DNA of 64,000 nt from Xenococcaceae cyanobacterium (GTDB lineage: Bacteria; Cyanobacteriota; Cyanobacteriia; Cyanobacteriales; Xenococcaceae): contig JBFRWK010000058.1 in the NCBI GenBank assembly GCA_051439545.1, forward strand, positions 31,126-95,125, written 5' to 3'. Position 1 is the first letter of the stretch; every line of letters begins with the position of its first letter. Both the position numbers and the translations under genes were made by a program. Of the stretch, positions 1 to 9,724 are shown one piece after another. The notes beneath the pieces were generated by a model. The model was not told the DNA's origin. It searched no databases and was given only the letters and a program-made list of their open reading frames with translations.

Positions 1-1836
1 CTTGCTAACAAGCTTGGTCAATTTTTCCAGGTTGATGCTTGTCTAATTTTTTGTGATGAGATTGATTCTTTTAATCCTTTTAGAATTGGATTCTGGCATG
101 GGCAAACATTTCCAGTTTTGGATGAAGGTAAACTAATTCCTCTTTTATCTCAGCTTATAGTAGAGCAAAAAACGGCAACAGGATTAATGATTGTCAACGA
201 TCGCCAAAAAGATAGTGGTTATTTGCTTAACAAGCAATTTGACTATATACCTGCTGAAGCTTGGTTGGGGATAACAACAGAGTTTCAGTCCCAAGCTAAT
301 GGTTTAATTTTGTTGCTTAAATCTCAACCTTATCAATGGACTAAATCCGAACAACAATTATTTACTCAAGTTTCTGAAACGATGGCGATCGCTATTTCTC
401 AAATTCAACTCCAGCAACAAGCTAAAAATCGAACTAGATATCACACTTTATTCAATCAATTGGGTAGGGAAATTAGCCAAAATTCCGATATTAATTCTTT
501 ACTTCAACTTACTGTATCTGAAATTGGCAAAGCTCTAGAAGTCGATCGAAGTTCGATCTTGATGCTTAAATATAAAGACCCACGTATCACTCAAAGAAAT
601 ACGTCCCAGTCTATTAAAGCAAATGTTCTCATACCTTGTTATTGGACATCTACAACTCAAAAAGCGATCGCCGTAGATAATTATTCTTTTAATTTAAGCG
701 ATTCTCCTCTATGTCAAAAAGCTTTAGAAAAAGCTCCCGAGCCTCTAGCTATTACCGAACGCGCATCTTTTCTCGATTTACCTCCAGAGTTATTGCCTGA
801 TTTTGAGCAACAGCATAATTACTCTGCATTGTTAATGATGCCTTTGATGAGTAATTTATCTAACGATAGTCAAACGGGTTTAGTTATCGGTTTTATCGTG
901 TTGCAATATCATAAATCTCGTCTTTGGTTACTAGAAGAATTAGATTTAATCAATTGGATTGGTTTTCAAATCTCTACTGCCATTATTCACCATCAAACTT
1001 TAAATCAAGTCCAGTCTTTAGTCGAAGAAAGAACGGCTCAACTTAAATGGAGTTTAGATGTTCAAGCAAAATTGTCAGACAAAATGCGTCAGCAAATTGA
1101 GCAACTACGACAATTAAACGAGCTTAAAGACGATTTCTTGAACAGTATGAGTCATGAGCTAAAAACACCTCTGACTAGTATGAAAATGGCAATTAAAATG
1201 CTCCGTCAAGCACAATTGCCAGAGTCAATGAGGGAAAAATATCTTAATATTCTCGAACAAGAGTGGAATAGAGAGTATAGCCTCATCAAAGACTTACTGA
1301 CTCTACAAAAGGTAGAATCGGGAGAATTTACCATCGATCCTCAAGAACTAAATCTCAATCAAATTGTCCAAGATTTAGCTCAGTCTTTTAATCAAAAATG
1401 GCAACAAGAAAAAGGACTAACTCTAGAAACTGACTTTGCCGATGCCACTTTAAATCTTTATAGCGATTCTGAAAGTGTTCAACATATTTTTAATGAGCTA
1501 TTAGTTAATGCTGGTAAATATTCCGACCCAGATACGACTATTTATCTGCAAGTAGCTCCTCAAATTACCAGCAGAGGTAAGCGAGTAACTATTAAAATTA
1601 GTAATTATGGTGCTGGTATTGCCAAGGAAGAATTACCTCATATATTTGATAAATTTCGTCGGGGTCAAGGAGTTACTGACCGTGCCGTGCCAGGAACTGG
1701 TTTGGGATTGGCTTTAGTTAAATATTTGGTAGATCATCTCAATGGTGAGATTAACGTCAGTAGTGAACCGACGGGAGAACCTGAAGTCTTTCTTACTACT
1801 TTTGTTGTTATTTTGCCTCAGTTTCAATCTGCTTAA
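1..1836 (+). CDS. GAF-type sensor histidine kinase (5'-partial)
   Basis: Frame 1 has no stop between nt 1 and the first listed start (TTG at 118), so the CDS very likely begins upstream of the window. HisKA H-box 'MSHELKTPLTSM', N-box 'NELLVNAGKY', G-box 'GTGLGLALVKYLV'. The N-terminal two thirds look like GAF-type sensory modules. Confidence 0.8.
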   Translation, partial: LANKLGQFFQVDACLIFCDEIDSFNPFRIGFWHGQTFPVLDEGKLIPLLSQLIVEQKTATGLMIVNDRQKDSGYLLNKQFDYIPAEAWLGITTEFQSQANGLILLLKSQPYQWTKSEQQLFTQVSETMAIAISQIQLQQQAKNRTRYHTLFNQLGREISQNSDINSLLQLTVSEIGKALEVDRSSILMLKYKDPRITQRNTSQSIKANVLIPCYWTSTTQKAIAVDNYSFNLSDSPLCQKALEKAPEPLAITERASFLDLPPELLPDFEQQHNYSALLMMPLMSNLSNDSQTGLVIGFIVLQYHKSRLWLLEELDLINWIGFQISTAIIHHQTLNQVQSLVEERTAQLKWSLDVQAKLSDKMRQQIEQLRQLNELKDDFLNSMSHELKTPLTSMKMAIKMLRQAQLPESMREKYLNILEQEWNREYSLIKDLLTLQKVESGEFTIDPQELNLNQIVQDLAQSFNQKWQQEKGLTLETDFADATLNLYSDSESVQHIFNELLVNAGKYSDPDTTIYLQVAPQITSRGKRVTIKISNYGAGIAKEELPHIFDKFRRGQGVTDRAVPGTGLGLALVKYLVDHLNGEINVSSEPTGEPEVFLTTFVVILPQFQSA

Positions 1837-1983
1837 ACTGGAATAGCTTATAACTTTTAGCTCGTGGCGAGAAATTTTAATCGCTTTTGTGGTTGGTTTA
1901 ATGATTGTTGTAGTTGTGCGATCGCTATAATCAATAGTTTTTTTATAAATTTAATCTAAAACAATATTAATTAATAGATAATC

Positions 1984-2271
1984 GTGCAAACTATTACACC
2001 ATCGGGAGAGTTTAAAGAAGTAGCATTTACGACAACTCCCAAAATTGCCCGAGGAGGCAGAAGCGTATTATTAGATAATATTCAATACGAGCCTGGGAAA
2101 GAAGTAGCGGAAGACTTGACCAAAGCATTCCTAGATAAAGCTGGAAAAATGCTGGATTTGCGTAATTTTGAGAAACAAGGACTCGCTCTATCTATTCATA
2201 GCCTTACCGTAGAATCTGGACGGATAATACTTTCGGCGACGGCAGATATCACTCAATTTCCCACCCTTTAA
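1984..2271 (+). CDS. hypothetical small protein (95 aa, GTG start)
   Basis: Open frame in an otherwise non-coding gap, ending just before the convergent phosphatase gene. No motif recognised. Confidence 0.35.
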   Translation: MQTITPSGEFKEVAFTTTPKIARGGRSVLLDNIQYEPGKEVAEDLTKAFLDKAGKMLDLRNFEKQGLALSIHSLTVESGRIILSATADITQFPTL

Positions 2272-2282
2272 TTGATGAAAGC

Positions 2283-3092
2283 TTACTTGGCGGGAAACAA
2301 ACGTTCCAAACTATCTTGAAGATGTTTGTGGGGATAAATATCTGCTTTTTTACTCCAGATATAATTTTTGGCTTCCTGATAACTCCATTCGGGGTTTTTG
2401 TAAAAACAATAAGCCAAACCGATAGAACCGCTCCTGCCAATTCCCGCCCGACAGTTTATCAGCACCTTTTTCTTTCCTTGCTGGAGTTGTCGCTCGATCC
2501 AAGCGATCGCGTCTTTTATTATTTCATCGGCTATGGGATGTTGCGCTCCATCTTTTAGTTTGAGATGGTTGTAAGCAATGCCAGTATCGGGGGAAAAATC
2601 CAAGAGAAATTCTTCGGCTAAGTTAAGTACGGCATCAAACCCCAGTTCGACTGCATTAGAAGCTGCAATAAAATTACCGACGTAAACAGAAGGCATAACT
2701 TCAGCATGATTCGCCCCCTGAGTCCAAATCATCTCAGGTGAGGGTGCAGCAATACTAAGATAACCATTTTCGCCCAATTTTCCCGCCCACTGCCATTGTT
2801 CGGGTTGCCGTTTTACCCCCACTCGGTAAGTAAATTGATAATCGCCTTGACTGGTAGGAGTAAAAGAACCCTGAAAAATATAGGTATTCTCGGATTCGGA
2901 AGATTGATAGGACAGTTCGATCGGATGCCAATTACCCTCGCTATTGAATTTGTTTAGAGTATTTGTCCAAAGTTGAACCCATATCTCATCGGGAGAGTAG
3001 GTGCTAACCAATTTAACCGATGCTCCAAAAGTTTCTAGCATATAAAGCGTCACGATCGAGTTGAGGGGAGGATGAATCTGTTTAAACTGCAC
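2283..3092 (-). CDS. dual-specificity / Cys-based protein phosphatase with an N-terminal aromatic-rich beta-sandwich-like module
   Basis: CX5R P-loop 'NCRAGIGRSG'. Residues ~1-115 are Trp/Tyr-rich ('WVQLWTN', 'GNWHPIEL', 'YIFQGSF', 'YQFTYRV', 'QWQWAG') and resemble a carbohydrate-binding module. Confidence 0.7.
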   Translation of the reverse strand: MQFKQIHPPLNSIVTLYMLETFGASVKLVSTYSPDEIWVQLWTNTLNKFNSEGNWHPIELSYQSSESENTYIFQGSFTPTSQGDYQFTYRVGVKRQPEQWQWAGKLGENGYLSIAAPSPEMIWTQGANHAEVMPSVYVGNFIAASNAVELGFDAVLNLAEEFLLDFSPDTGIAYNHLKLKDGAQHPIADEIIKDAIAWIERQLQQGKKKVLINCRAGIGRSGSIGLAYCFYKNPEWSYQEAKNYIWSKKADIYPHKHLQDSLERLFPAK

Positions 3093-3211
3093 GAAAATAA
3101 AATCTCCTATCTATCTGCTTTTTAAGCTGTTATTTTATCTTTATCCATTAACGACTTAACTACTAACAAAAACACGCTTCTCAAACAGGTAATTAATTGT
3201 GCATCGACCAA

Positions 3212-3979
3212 TTATTTGACAGTGCCAATTAGAGCTATCCGTAAAAGTTGCTGCCAAATCGGCGCGAGGATAGCTTTAACGAGTAAGTCCCCTAATAGCA
3301 ACCCCAGTCCCATCAGAAAATACTGGCGCGGAAAGTCCAACTGGGGGAATTTTCGGCTGAAATGGTGACCGAGTTTTAAGGCTAAGGCAGTGAGAGCCAA
3401 GCCAGTGGAAATATAGCCAACTACTCGCAGTATAGACCAGGGTGGCCATCCTATCAGAGCAGCTAGCCACGGATAACTACTTTGGTAGACAAGCTGCCCA
3501 ACATAAAAATTCATATAATTGAGTAAATATGTTCCCAAAATTAAAGCTGCGCTACCAAAGGTAAGCAGTGATAATGTCGAAAACAGTGCGTATTCTTGCA
3601 AATGAATAGGCAGAAAAAGTTGAGGTGACCCCTCTGCTCCTTCTCCTGTGCGAATCCAGTGAAGCATATTCTCTGTGTAAACCGCCCCATGGAGTACCAC
3701 CACATTAGCTCGTTCTGGAGCTAAAATCGTTGCTATTGCTACGATAAAACTTTGACAGATAGCCCACCAAAGAACCCACCCCATTGCCCGCTTATAACAA
3801 CGGCGACCTACTAATAATAGATAAAAAGGATAAATAACTCCTGCTCCTAAAAAGGGCATTAGCTTGGGAATAGAGAAGCTAAAACTAGCAATGGTAGTCA
3901 GAACCGAGCCAATCCCCAAAAATATAGCGATCGAGATATTTTGTCTCAACCTAGATTTTATTTTGCCAAGAGCGGGCAT
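3212..3979 (-). CDS. polytopic integral membrane protein, function unknown
   Basis: Hydrophobic helices along the whole 255 aa. No catalytic motif recognised. Confidence 0.5.
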   Translation of the reverse strand: MPALGKIKSRLRQNISIAIFLGIGSVLTTIASFSFSIPKLMPFLGAGVIYPFYLLLVGRRCYKRAMGWVLWWAICQSFIVAIATILAPERANVVVLHGAVYTENMLHWIRTGEGAEGSPQLFLPIHLQEYALFSTLSLLTFGSAALILGTYLLNYMNFYVGQLVYQSSYPWLAALIGWPPWSILRVVGYISTGLALTALALKLGHHFSRKFPQLDFPRQYFLMGLGLLLGDLLVKAILAPIWQQLLRIALIGTVK

Positions 3980-4300
3980 AACTAAAAAACAAAATAGCTG
4001 ATGATTACTTCATACATCTTTTTGAAATGAATATGGCGACACTTAATAATTAAATAATTAAATGTACCGCATATTTTAATAAAGATTTACTAACTATTTT
4101 TTTATCGAAAGAAATTTTACAAGAATAACTTTTTGCCAGTCGCTCTCTAAGATTTTTAGCAGTCCGAAATACCTCGTTGTCGAACAAGGTCAGCCATACT
4201 TATATTCTTCCCAGACAATTTATGAAAATTAAAAGCTCTATTTAGTTTTTGTAATATGTAGAGATAGTAGTTTGAGTTATCGAATCAAAAAATTGACTTT

Positions 4301-5152
4301 GTGAAACCCTATATTTTTGCCTTGACCGCTATTATTTCCACCTTTTTAGTCTTATTAAGTACATTTAAAGAAGGAAACACTCACAATGATGCTTCAGTAA
4401 TCAGAGTAGGATTTGAGCAACATCGGGTTGGTACAGTCTACGATTATTACGCTCAAACCAAAGATTGGAATGTAGTTTGGTCTAAATCTGATTGGATGAA
4501 TAACTATACAATGATTACCGATAGTCAAGCTCATTCTCAGACAAAAGCTTTAAGAATAACTTATCCTGCCAATGCTACCGCAGGGGGTAGTGCAGCCTGG
4601 AAACTTCCAGAAGAGAAAGAATATTATCTTTCTTACTGGGTCAAGTTTGAAGAGGATTTTGATTTTGATGGTTCTAAGAAAAGTGGTGGAAAGTTACCAG
4701 GGTTAGCAGGTGCAGGAGGCTATTGTAGTGGTGGTCAGATTTGCACGGGGGAAAATGGATTTTCTTCTAGATATATGTGGGGCGAAAACGGAAGAGTAAA
4801 ATTATATTTGTACCACATGAATAAACCAACCAAATGGGGTGAAAACTTTTGGTTAGAAGATAGTGAGGGGCAAGATGTCTATTTCCAAAGAGGAAAATGG
4901 CATAATTTAATCCAACGAGTCAAAATAAATGACGGTATTCTAGCCAACGGCGAAATAGATGTTTGGATGGATGGAGAACAAATGCTTTCTCTGAGGGGTC
5001 TTCAATTCGTTAATAACTATAAAAGTATCGACAGTTTAATGTTTAGTACTTTTCATGGGGGTAATAGTAGCGATTGGTGGCCAGAGCGAGAAGTACACAG
5101 CTATTTTGATGATTTTGTAATTTCAACATCAGCCAGAGACGTTGGTTTATAG
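4301..5152 (+). CDS. exported concanavalin-like / polysaccharide-lyase-like (PL14-type) protein
   Basis: N-terminal anchor or signal 'YIFALTAIISTFLVLLST'. 'GGKLPGLAG' and 'GEIDVWMDG' resemble the polysaccharide-lyase family as I remember it. GTG start. Confidence 0.45.
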   Translation: MKPYIFALTAIISTFLVLLSTFKEGNTHNDASVIRVGFEQHRVGTVYDYYAQTKDWNVVWSKSDWMNNYTMITDSQAHSQTKALRITYPANATAGGSAAWKLPEEKEYYLSYWVKFEEDFDFDGSKKSGGKLPGLAGAGGYCSGGQICTGENGFSSRYMWGENGRVKLYLYHMNKPTKWGENFWLEDSEGQDVYFQRGKWHNLIQRVKINDGILANGEIDVWMDGEQMLSLRGLQFVNNYKSIDSLMFSTFHGGNSSDWWPEREVHSYFDDFVISTSARDVGL

Positions 5153-5349
5153 TCTTAAATTCTCAAAACCATTTACTTAATCTTTAGTTACAAAAAACAA
5201 CAATAGTTTAGTTTTTTCTCAGATAATTGCACGAAAACTGCACAAAGACCCTGATTGAATAGTTTTAGTCCAAAAGCCACTGACATCCTAACTAGTTAAG
5301 CAAGTTAGGATTCAGGTTTCTAAACATTTATTATTCAGGAGAAACTTTA

Positions 5350-5868
5350 ATGTTTGACGCATTTACAAGAGTTATTTCTCAAGCTGATGCCAGAGGGAAC
5401 TACCTTAGCAGCAATCAATTTGATGCTCTTAAAAATATGGTAGCGGAAAGTAACAAACGCATGGATGTTGTAAACCGCATCACTGGGAACTCTTCTGCTA
5501 TTGTTGCTAATGCTGCTCGTGTGCTGTTTGCCGAACAACCTCAATTAATTGCTCCTGGTGGTAACGCTTATACTAACCGTCGGATGGCAGCTTGTTTGCG
5601 AGATATGGAAATTATCTTGCGTTATGTAACCTATGCTATGTTTTCTGGCGATGCAAGCGTTCTAGAAGACCGCTGTTTGAATGGTTTGCGGGAAACTTAC
5701 GTAGCTTTAGGTGTTCCTGGTGGTTCTGTAGCTGAAGCTGTTAACAAAATGAAAAACGCTGCTATTGCTATTGCTAATGACAGAAATGGTATAACTCAAG
5801 GAGATTGTAGTTCCTTGATGTCGGAATTATCTGGCTATTTCGATCGCGCAGCAGCAGCTGTTGGTTAA
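5350..5868 (+). CDS. cpcB: C-phycocyanin beta subunit
   Basis: 172 aa starting '[16 protein letters not shown]'. Bilin-binding Cys contexts '[10 protein letters not shown]' and '[10 protein letters not shown]'. AGGAGA ribosome-binding site just upstream. Confidence 0.97.
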   Translation: MFDAFTRVISQADARGNYLSSNQFDALKNMVAESNKRMDVVNRITGNSSAIVANAARVLFAEQPQLIAPGGNAYTNRRMAACLRDMEIILRYVTYAMFSGDASVLEDRCLNGLRETYVALGVPGGSVAEAVNKMKNAAIAIANDRNGITQGDCSSLMSELSGYFDRAAAAVG

Positions 5869-5934
5869 TTATCTCCTTGTTTAATTGTTTAGTTGTCGAT
5901 ATTAGAAATTTATTGTTAAGAGGTACATAACATA

Positions 5935-6423
5935 ATGAAAACCCCCATTACAGAAGCAGTATCTACTGCCGATTCTCAAGGACGTTTTCTCAGCAGCAGC
6001 GAAATTCAGGTTGCTTTTGGTCGTTTCCGTCAAGCCACTGCAAGTTTAGAAGCTGCTCAAGCATTAACTAATAAAGCTGACAGTTTGGTTAATGGTGCTG
6101 CTCAAGCAGTTTATCAAAAATTCCCTTACACCACTCAAATGCAAGGGCCTAACTATGCTTCCACTCCTGAAGGTAAGGCTAAGTGCGCTCGCGATATCGG
6201 CTACTATCTACGGATGATCACCTACTGTTTGGTTGCAGGTGGTACTGGCCCTATGGATGATTATTTAATTGCTGGAGTTGCAGAAATTAACAGCACTTTT
6301 GAATTGTCTCCTAGCTGGTATATCGAAGCTCTTAAATATATTAAAGCCAACCACGGTTTAAGTGGCGATCCTGCTGTAGAAGCTAACTCTTATATTGAAT
6401 ACGCTATTAACGCTCTGAGCTAG
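5935..6423 (+). CDS. cpcA: C-phycocyanin alpha subunit
   Basis: 162 aa starting 'MKTPITEAV'. Bilin-binding site '[17 protein letters not shown]'. Confidence 0.97.
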   Translation: MKTPITEAVSTADSQGRFLSSSEIQVAFGRFRQATASLEAAQALTNKADSLVNGAAQAVYQKFPYTTQMQGPNYASTPEGKAKCARDIGYYLRMITYCLVAGGTGPMDDYLIAGVAEINSTFELSPSWYIEALKYIKANHGLSGDPAVEANSYIEYAINALS

Positions 6424-6438
6424 ATTTTTTTTCTAGTG

Positions 6439-6513
6439 GCTCGGAATAGCAGGTAGTTATTGAGCACCAGAAATGTTGTTTGACAATTGCCTGTAGTTCC
6501 GAGCAGTTTTTTT
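6439..6513 (+). terminator. long imperfect hairpin plus T-run after cpcA (intra-operon terminator/attenuator)
   Basis: Arms 'gctcggaatagcagg' (6439-6453) and 'cctgtagttccgagc' (6490-6504) pair except for a 3-nt internal mismatch. They are followed by 'agttttttt'. Confidence 0.55.
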
Positions 6514-6599
6514 AACCTTCGGTTAGCTATCAGCTATTAGTTTTTTTAACTACTCAAAGAGCTTATTTAAAAAATAAACAATATATAGGAGTATGACCA

Positions 6600-7418
6600 G
6601 TGGCAATTACAGCAGCAGCATCTCGTCTGGGAGTCTCGGCATTTAAAGATAGCAGTTTAGTAGAAATACGTCCTACTAGTAGTCAAGAGGATATTAAGAT
6701 TGCGATCGATGCTGTATATCGACAAGTGTTGGGCAACGATCATCTGATGAAATCCGAACGTCTTACTAGTGCAGAGTCTTTACTGCGCGATCGATCTATT
6801 TCCGTAAGAGAGTTCGTCAGGGCAGTAGCCAAATCAGAACTATACAAGGAAAAATTCTTCTATAAGAATTATCATCCCCGTACCATCGAGTTAAACTTTA
6901 AACATTTACTCGGTCGTGCCGTTTATGACGAATCTGAGATAATCGAGCATCTCGACATCTATCAGAATGAGGGTTTTGAAGCAGATATAGATTCTTATAT
7001 CGATAGTGAAGAGTATAGCGAGAATTTTGGTGACAATATCGTTCCCTATTATCGTGGTTTTTCGACTCAAAGGGGACAAAAAACTGTTGGTTTTACCAGA
7101 ATGTTTCAATTGTATAAAGGCTACGCCAATAGCGATCGCGCTCAGGGTAATAGCGGTAGTCCTCGTTTAACTTACGATTTGGCTCGTAATATACCTACTC
7201 CTGTGCGTAATCCAGGTATGGGAGGAGTTCTAAGCGGTACTACTACGACAGAAAGAGGCGGTTTATATAGAATTAGGGTTTCTAGGGGAGCAAAAGGAAG
7301 AGCACCCCAACTTCGTCGTAGTATTAATGACTATGTCGTACCCTACGAAAGACTGTCTCCCACCTTACAAAAATTGAATCAAAAAGGCTGCCAAATTCTT
7401 AGTATTACTAATGCTTAA
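6600..7418 (+). CDS. cpcC: phycobilisome rod linker polypeptide (first of two tandem paralogues)
   Basis: '[15 protein letters not shown]' N-terminus. PBS-linker motifs 'VYRQVLGN', '[11 protein letters not shown]', 'FKHLLGRA', 'VPYYRGF'. C-terminal CpcD-like domain ('LYRIRVS..VPYERL'). GTG start. Confidence 0.9.
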   Translation: MAITAAASRLGVSAFKDSSLVEIRPTSSQEDIKIAIDAVYRQVLGNDHLMKSERLTSAESLLRDRSISVREFVRAVAKSELYKEKFFYKNYHPRTIELNFKHLLGRAVYDESEIIEHLDIYQNEGFEADIDSYIDSEEYSENFGDNIVPYYRGFSTQRGQKTVGFTRMFQLYKGYANSDRAQGNSGSPRLTYDLARNIPTPVRNPGMGGVLSGTTTTERGGLYRIRVSRGAKGRAPQLRRSINDYVVPYERLSPTLQKLNQKGCQILSITNA

Positions 7419-7487
7419 AGAGTTCGGAGCGATCGACAAAAGCTTAGAGCTAATTGACATTTTCAATGATATATAGGAGAAATATAA

Positions 7488-8348
7488 GTGGCAATTACAG
7501 CAGCAGCATCCCGTCTCGGAGTCTCGGCATTTAAAGATAGTCAGCCTATAGAATTACGCAATAACAGTAGTCAAGATGATATTCAGGCAGTTATTCGCGC
7601 AGTTTACTGCCAAGTATTGGGCAATGACTATGTGATGGCTTCCGAGCGATTGACAGCTACAGAATCTTTATTGTGCAATGGCTCGATTACCGTACGGGAT
7701 TTTGTACGGGCAGTAGCCAAATCGGAATTATATAAAACTAAGTTTCTCTATAACAATTTTCAAACTAGAGTAATCGAGTTGAACTTAAAACATTTACTCG
7801 GTCGCGCACCTTATGATGAGTCTGAGGTAATTTACCATCTCGATCTCTATCAAAATAAAGGTTTTGAAGCAGATATAGATTCGTATATCGATTCTGCTGA
7901 ATATGATGAAAACTTCGGTGACAATATCGTACCTTATTATCGAGGTTTTAATACTCAAACTCAGCAAAAAACCGTTGGCTTTACCAGAATGTTCCAACTA
8001 TATCGAGGTTATGCCAATAGCGACCGCGCTCAAGTAGCAGGGAAACAATCTCGCTTAGCCAAAGAACTAGCTCAAAATAATGCCTCGGCAGTGATTGCCC
8101 CTTCTGGCAGTAGTAGTGGTTGGGCATATCAAGAATCTAGCCGTGGTGTTACTCCAGAAAGAGCTTTTAGAAGTTCTAATCAAGAAGGTCGTATCTATCG
8201 CGTTGAGATAGCAGGTATGAGTCTAGCTGGATACCCGAAAGTACGCCGTGCTAGTCGGGCTTTACTCGTTACTTACGACCAGCTAACACCTACTCTCCAA
8301 AGAATCAACAAAATGGGCGGTAAAGTTGCTAGCATTTCTTTGGCTTAA
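7488..8348 (+). CDS. cpcC: phycobilisome rod linker polypeptide (second tandem paralogue)
   Basis: Same motif set as 6600-7418. C-terminal CpcD-like domain '[14 protein letters not shown]'. GTG start with the same upstream 'atatataggag' box at the same spacing. Confidence 0.9.
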   Translation: MAITAAASRLGVSAFKDSQPIELRNNSSQDDIQAVIRAVYCQVLGNDYVMASERLTATESLLCNGSITVRDFVRAVAKSELYKTKFLYNNFQTRVIELNLKHLLGRAPYDESEVIYHLDLYQNKGFEADIDSYIDSAEYDENFGDNIVPYYRGFNTQTQQKTVGFTRMFQLYRGYANSDRAQVAGKQSRLAKELAQNNASAVIAPSGSSSGWAYQESSRGVTPERAFRSSNQEGRIYRVEIAGMSLAGYPKVRRASRALLVTYDQLTPTLQRINKMGGKVASISLA

Positions 8349-8462
8349 ATACTCGCTTCGCTCAGACAAGCTATCAGCTCTTAGCTTTTAGCTCTTAGCT
8401 TTTTACTTCCATAGCTGATGGCTGTAGACTGACAGCTTAAAAATAGATAAGGAGATAAAAAA

Positions 8463-8738
8463 ATGTTAGGTCAATCTGTAATCGGTGGGAGAACTAGTTC
8501 CCCTGCCAAAAACCGTATTTTTGTCTATGAAGTAACTGGGTTAAAACAAAATACCCAAAACGATCGCAATAGTTATCCTTTTCGGAAGAGTGGTAGTGTT
8601 TTTATTCAAGTTCCTTACAATCGGATGAACGAAGAAATGCTACGCATTACCCGCATGGGTGGTTCGATCGTCAATATTAAACCTCTGGGTGCGCCAGAAA
8701 CTAATAATTCCAATGATGTTAATGATACCAACGAGTGA
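8463..8738 (+). CDS. cpcD: phycobilisome rod-capping small linker
   Basis: 91 aa with a CpcD-domain core 'RIFVYEVTGL..FIQVPYNRMNEEMLRITRMGGSIVNI'. It occupies the last position of the cpc operon. Confidence 0.85.
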   Translation: MLGQSVIGGRTSSPAKNRIFVYEVTGLKQNTQNDRNSYPFRKSGSVFIQVPYNRMNEEMLRITRMGGSIVNIKPLGAPETNNSNDVNDTNE

Positions 8739-8750
8739 TTAGCAAGCACT

Positions 8751-8778
8751 GTAAGGGCGAATCGCCATTCGCCCCTAC
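8751..8778. repeat. REP-like GC palindrome after cpcD
   Basis: 'gtaaGGGCGAATcgccATTCGCCCctac' has a perfect 8-bp stem (8755-8762 / 8767-8774) with partly pairing flanks. It may also act as the operon terminator, although no T-run follows. Confidence 0.5.
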
Positions 8779-8806
8779 TTATCCTTCATAATTCATCCTT
8801 AAGACA

Positions 8807-9544
8807 ATGGTTGCAACTATTCAATTTTCTCTCAGAGAACATCAACATATTCTCATTTGTCAGTTGGCCAACTTTATTGAAGAGATTTGGGAATGTAACT
8901 TAAGTTTATCTCTCTATAACATTCCCGAAGACTTGGGATATGTAGAAGGGAATTTAGAAGGAGAAAAACTAATTATCGAAAATCGCTGCTATCAAACTCC
9001 TCAATTCCGTAAGTTACATTTGGAGTTAGCAAGAGTTGGCGATCGCTTGGATATTCTCCACTGTGTTATGTTCCCTCGTCCTAATTATCCTCTACCTATA
9101 TTTGGGGTCGATCTCGTTGGTAGTCACAAGGGAATTTCGGCTGCAATTGTCGATCTGTCTCCTGTTACTGGCGATCGATTTTTACCTCAAAATTATCGTT
9201 CTATCTTAAAAAATCTCCCTACCCTTGAATTTTCTCAACCTAGAGATTTGCCAGCTTGGGGCAATATCTTCTCAGAATTTTGCCTCTTTATCCGTCCTGT
9301 AAATGGGGAGGAAGAAGGACTTTTTCTTCAGCGAGTTAGGCAGTTTTTAACCCTACACTGTCAAATTGCTATAGCTACCCTTCCTGTAGTTTCTAGTGGC
9401 GATCGAGCAGAACTACTGGCAGGACAACGTTATTATTGCACTCAGCAGCAACAGAATGATAAGACCCGCAGAGTTTTAGAAAAATCTTTAGGTAAGTCTT
9501 GGACGGATAGATATATGAATACTATGCTGTTTGATTCTCCCTAG
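8807..9544 (+). CDS. pcyA: phycocyanobilin:ferredoxin oxidoreductase
   Basis: '[17 protein letters not shown]', '[23 protein letters not shown]' and 'SAAIVDLSP' are ferredoxin-dependent bilin reductase (PcyA) hallmarks. 245 aa, directly downstream of the cpc operon. Confidence 0.85.
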   Translation: MVATIQFSLREHQHILICQLANFIEEIWECNLSLSLYNIPEDLGYVEGNLEGEKLIIENRCYQTPQFRKLHLELARVGDRLDILHCVMFPRPNYPLPIFGVDLVGSHKGISAAIVDLSPVTGDRFLPQNYRSILKNLPTLEFSQPRDLPAWGNIFSEFCLFIRPVNGEEEGLFLQRVRQFLTLHCQIAIATLPVVSSGDRAELLAGQRYYCTQQQQNDKTRRVLEKSLGKSWTDRYMNTMLFDSP

Positions 9545-9724
9545 AGTGAGTAATGAGTAATAAGTTTTTTGATTTATCAGCTATCACCAATAAACCACTA
9601 ACTACTAACTACTAACCACTAACTAATAACTTCCATTCAAATAAAATTAATTTTAATAACGCTTTGATTTAAGAAACTTTAATTTGAGTTAATATCAGTA
9701 AAAAACTTTAATAATATTTTAATT

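Noticed and set aside
2249-2558. Small ORFs 2249-2440 (-) and 2316-2558 (+) overlapping the phosphatase gene
   Set aside because: They are alternative-frame or antisense ORFs within a CDS that has a clear CX5R phosphatase signature.
6906-7997. Two 67-aa antisense ORFs (6906-7109 and 7794-7997) that are similar to each other
   Set aside because: Both lie antisense to the most conserved block of the two cpcC paralogues. Their similarity is a by-product of sense-strand conservation.
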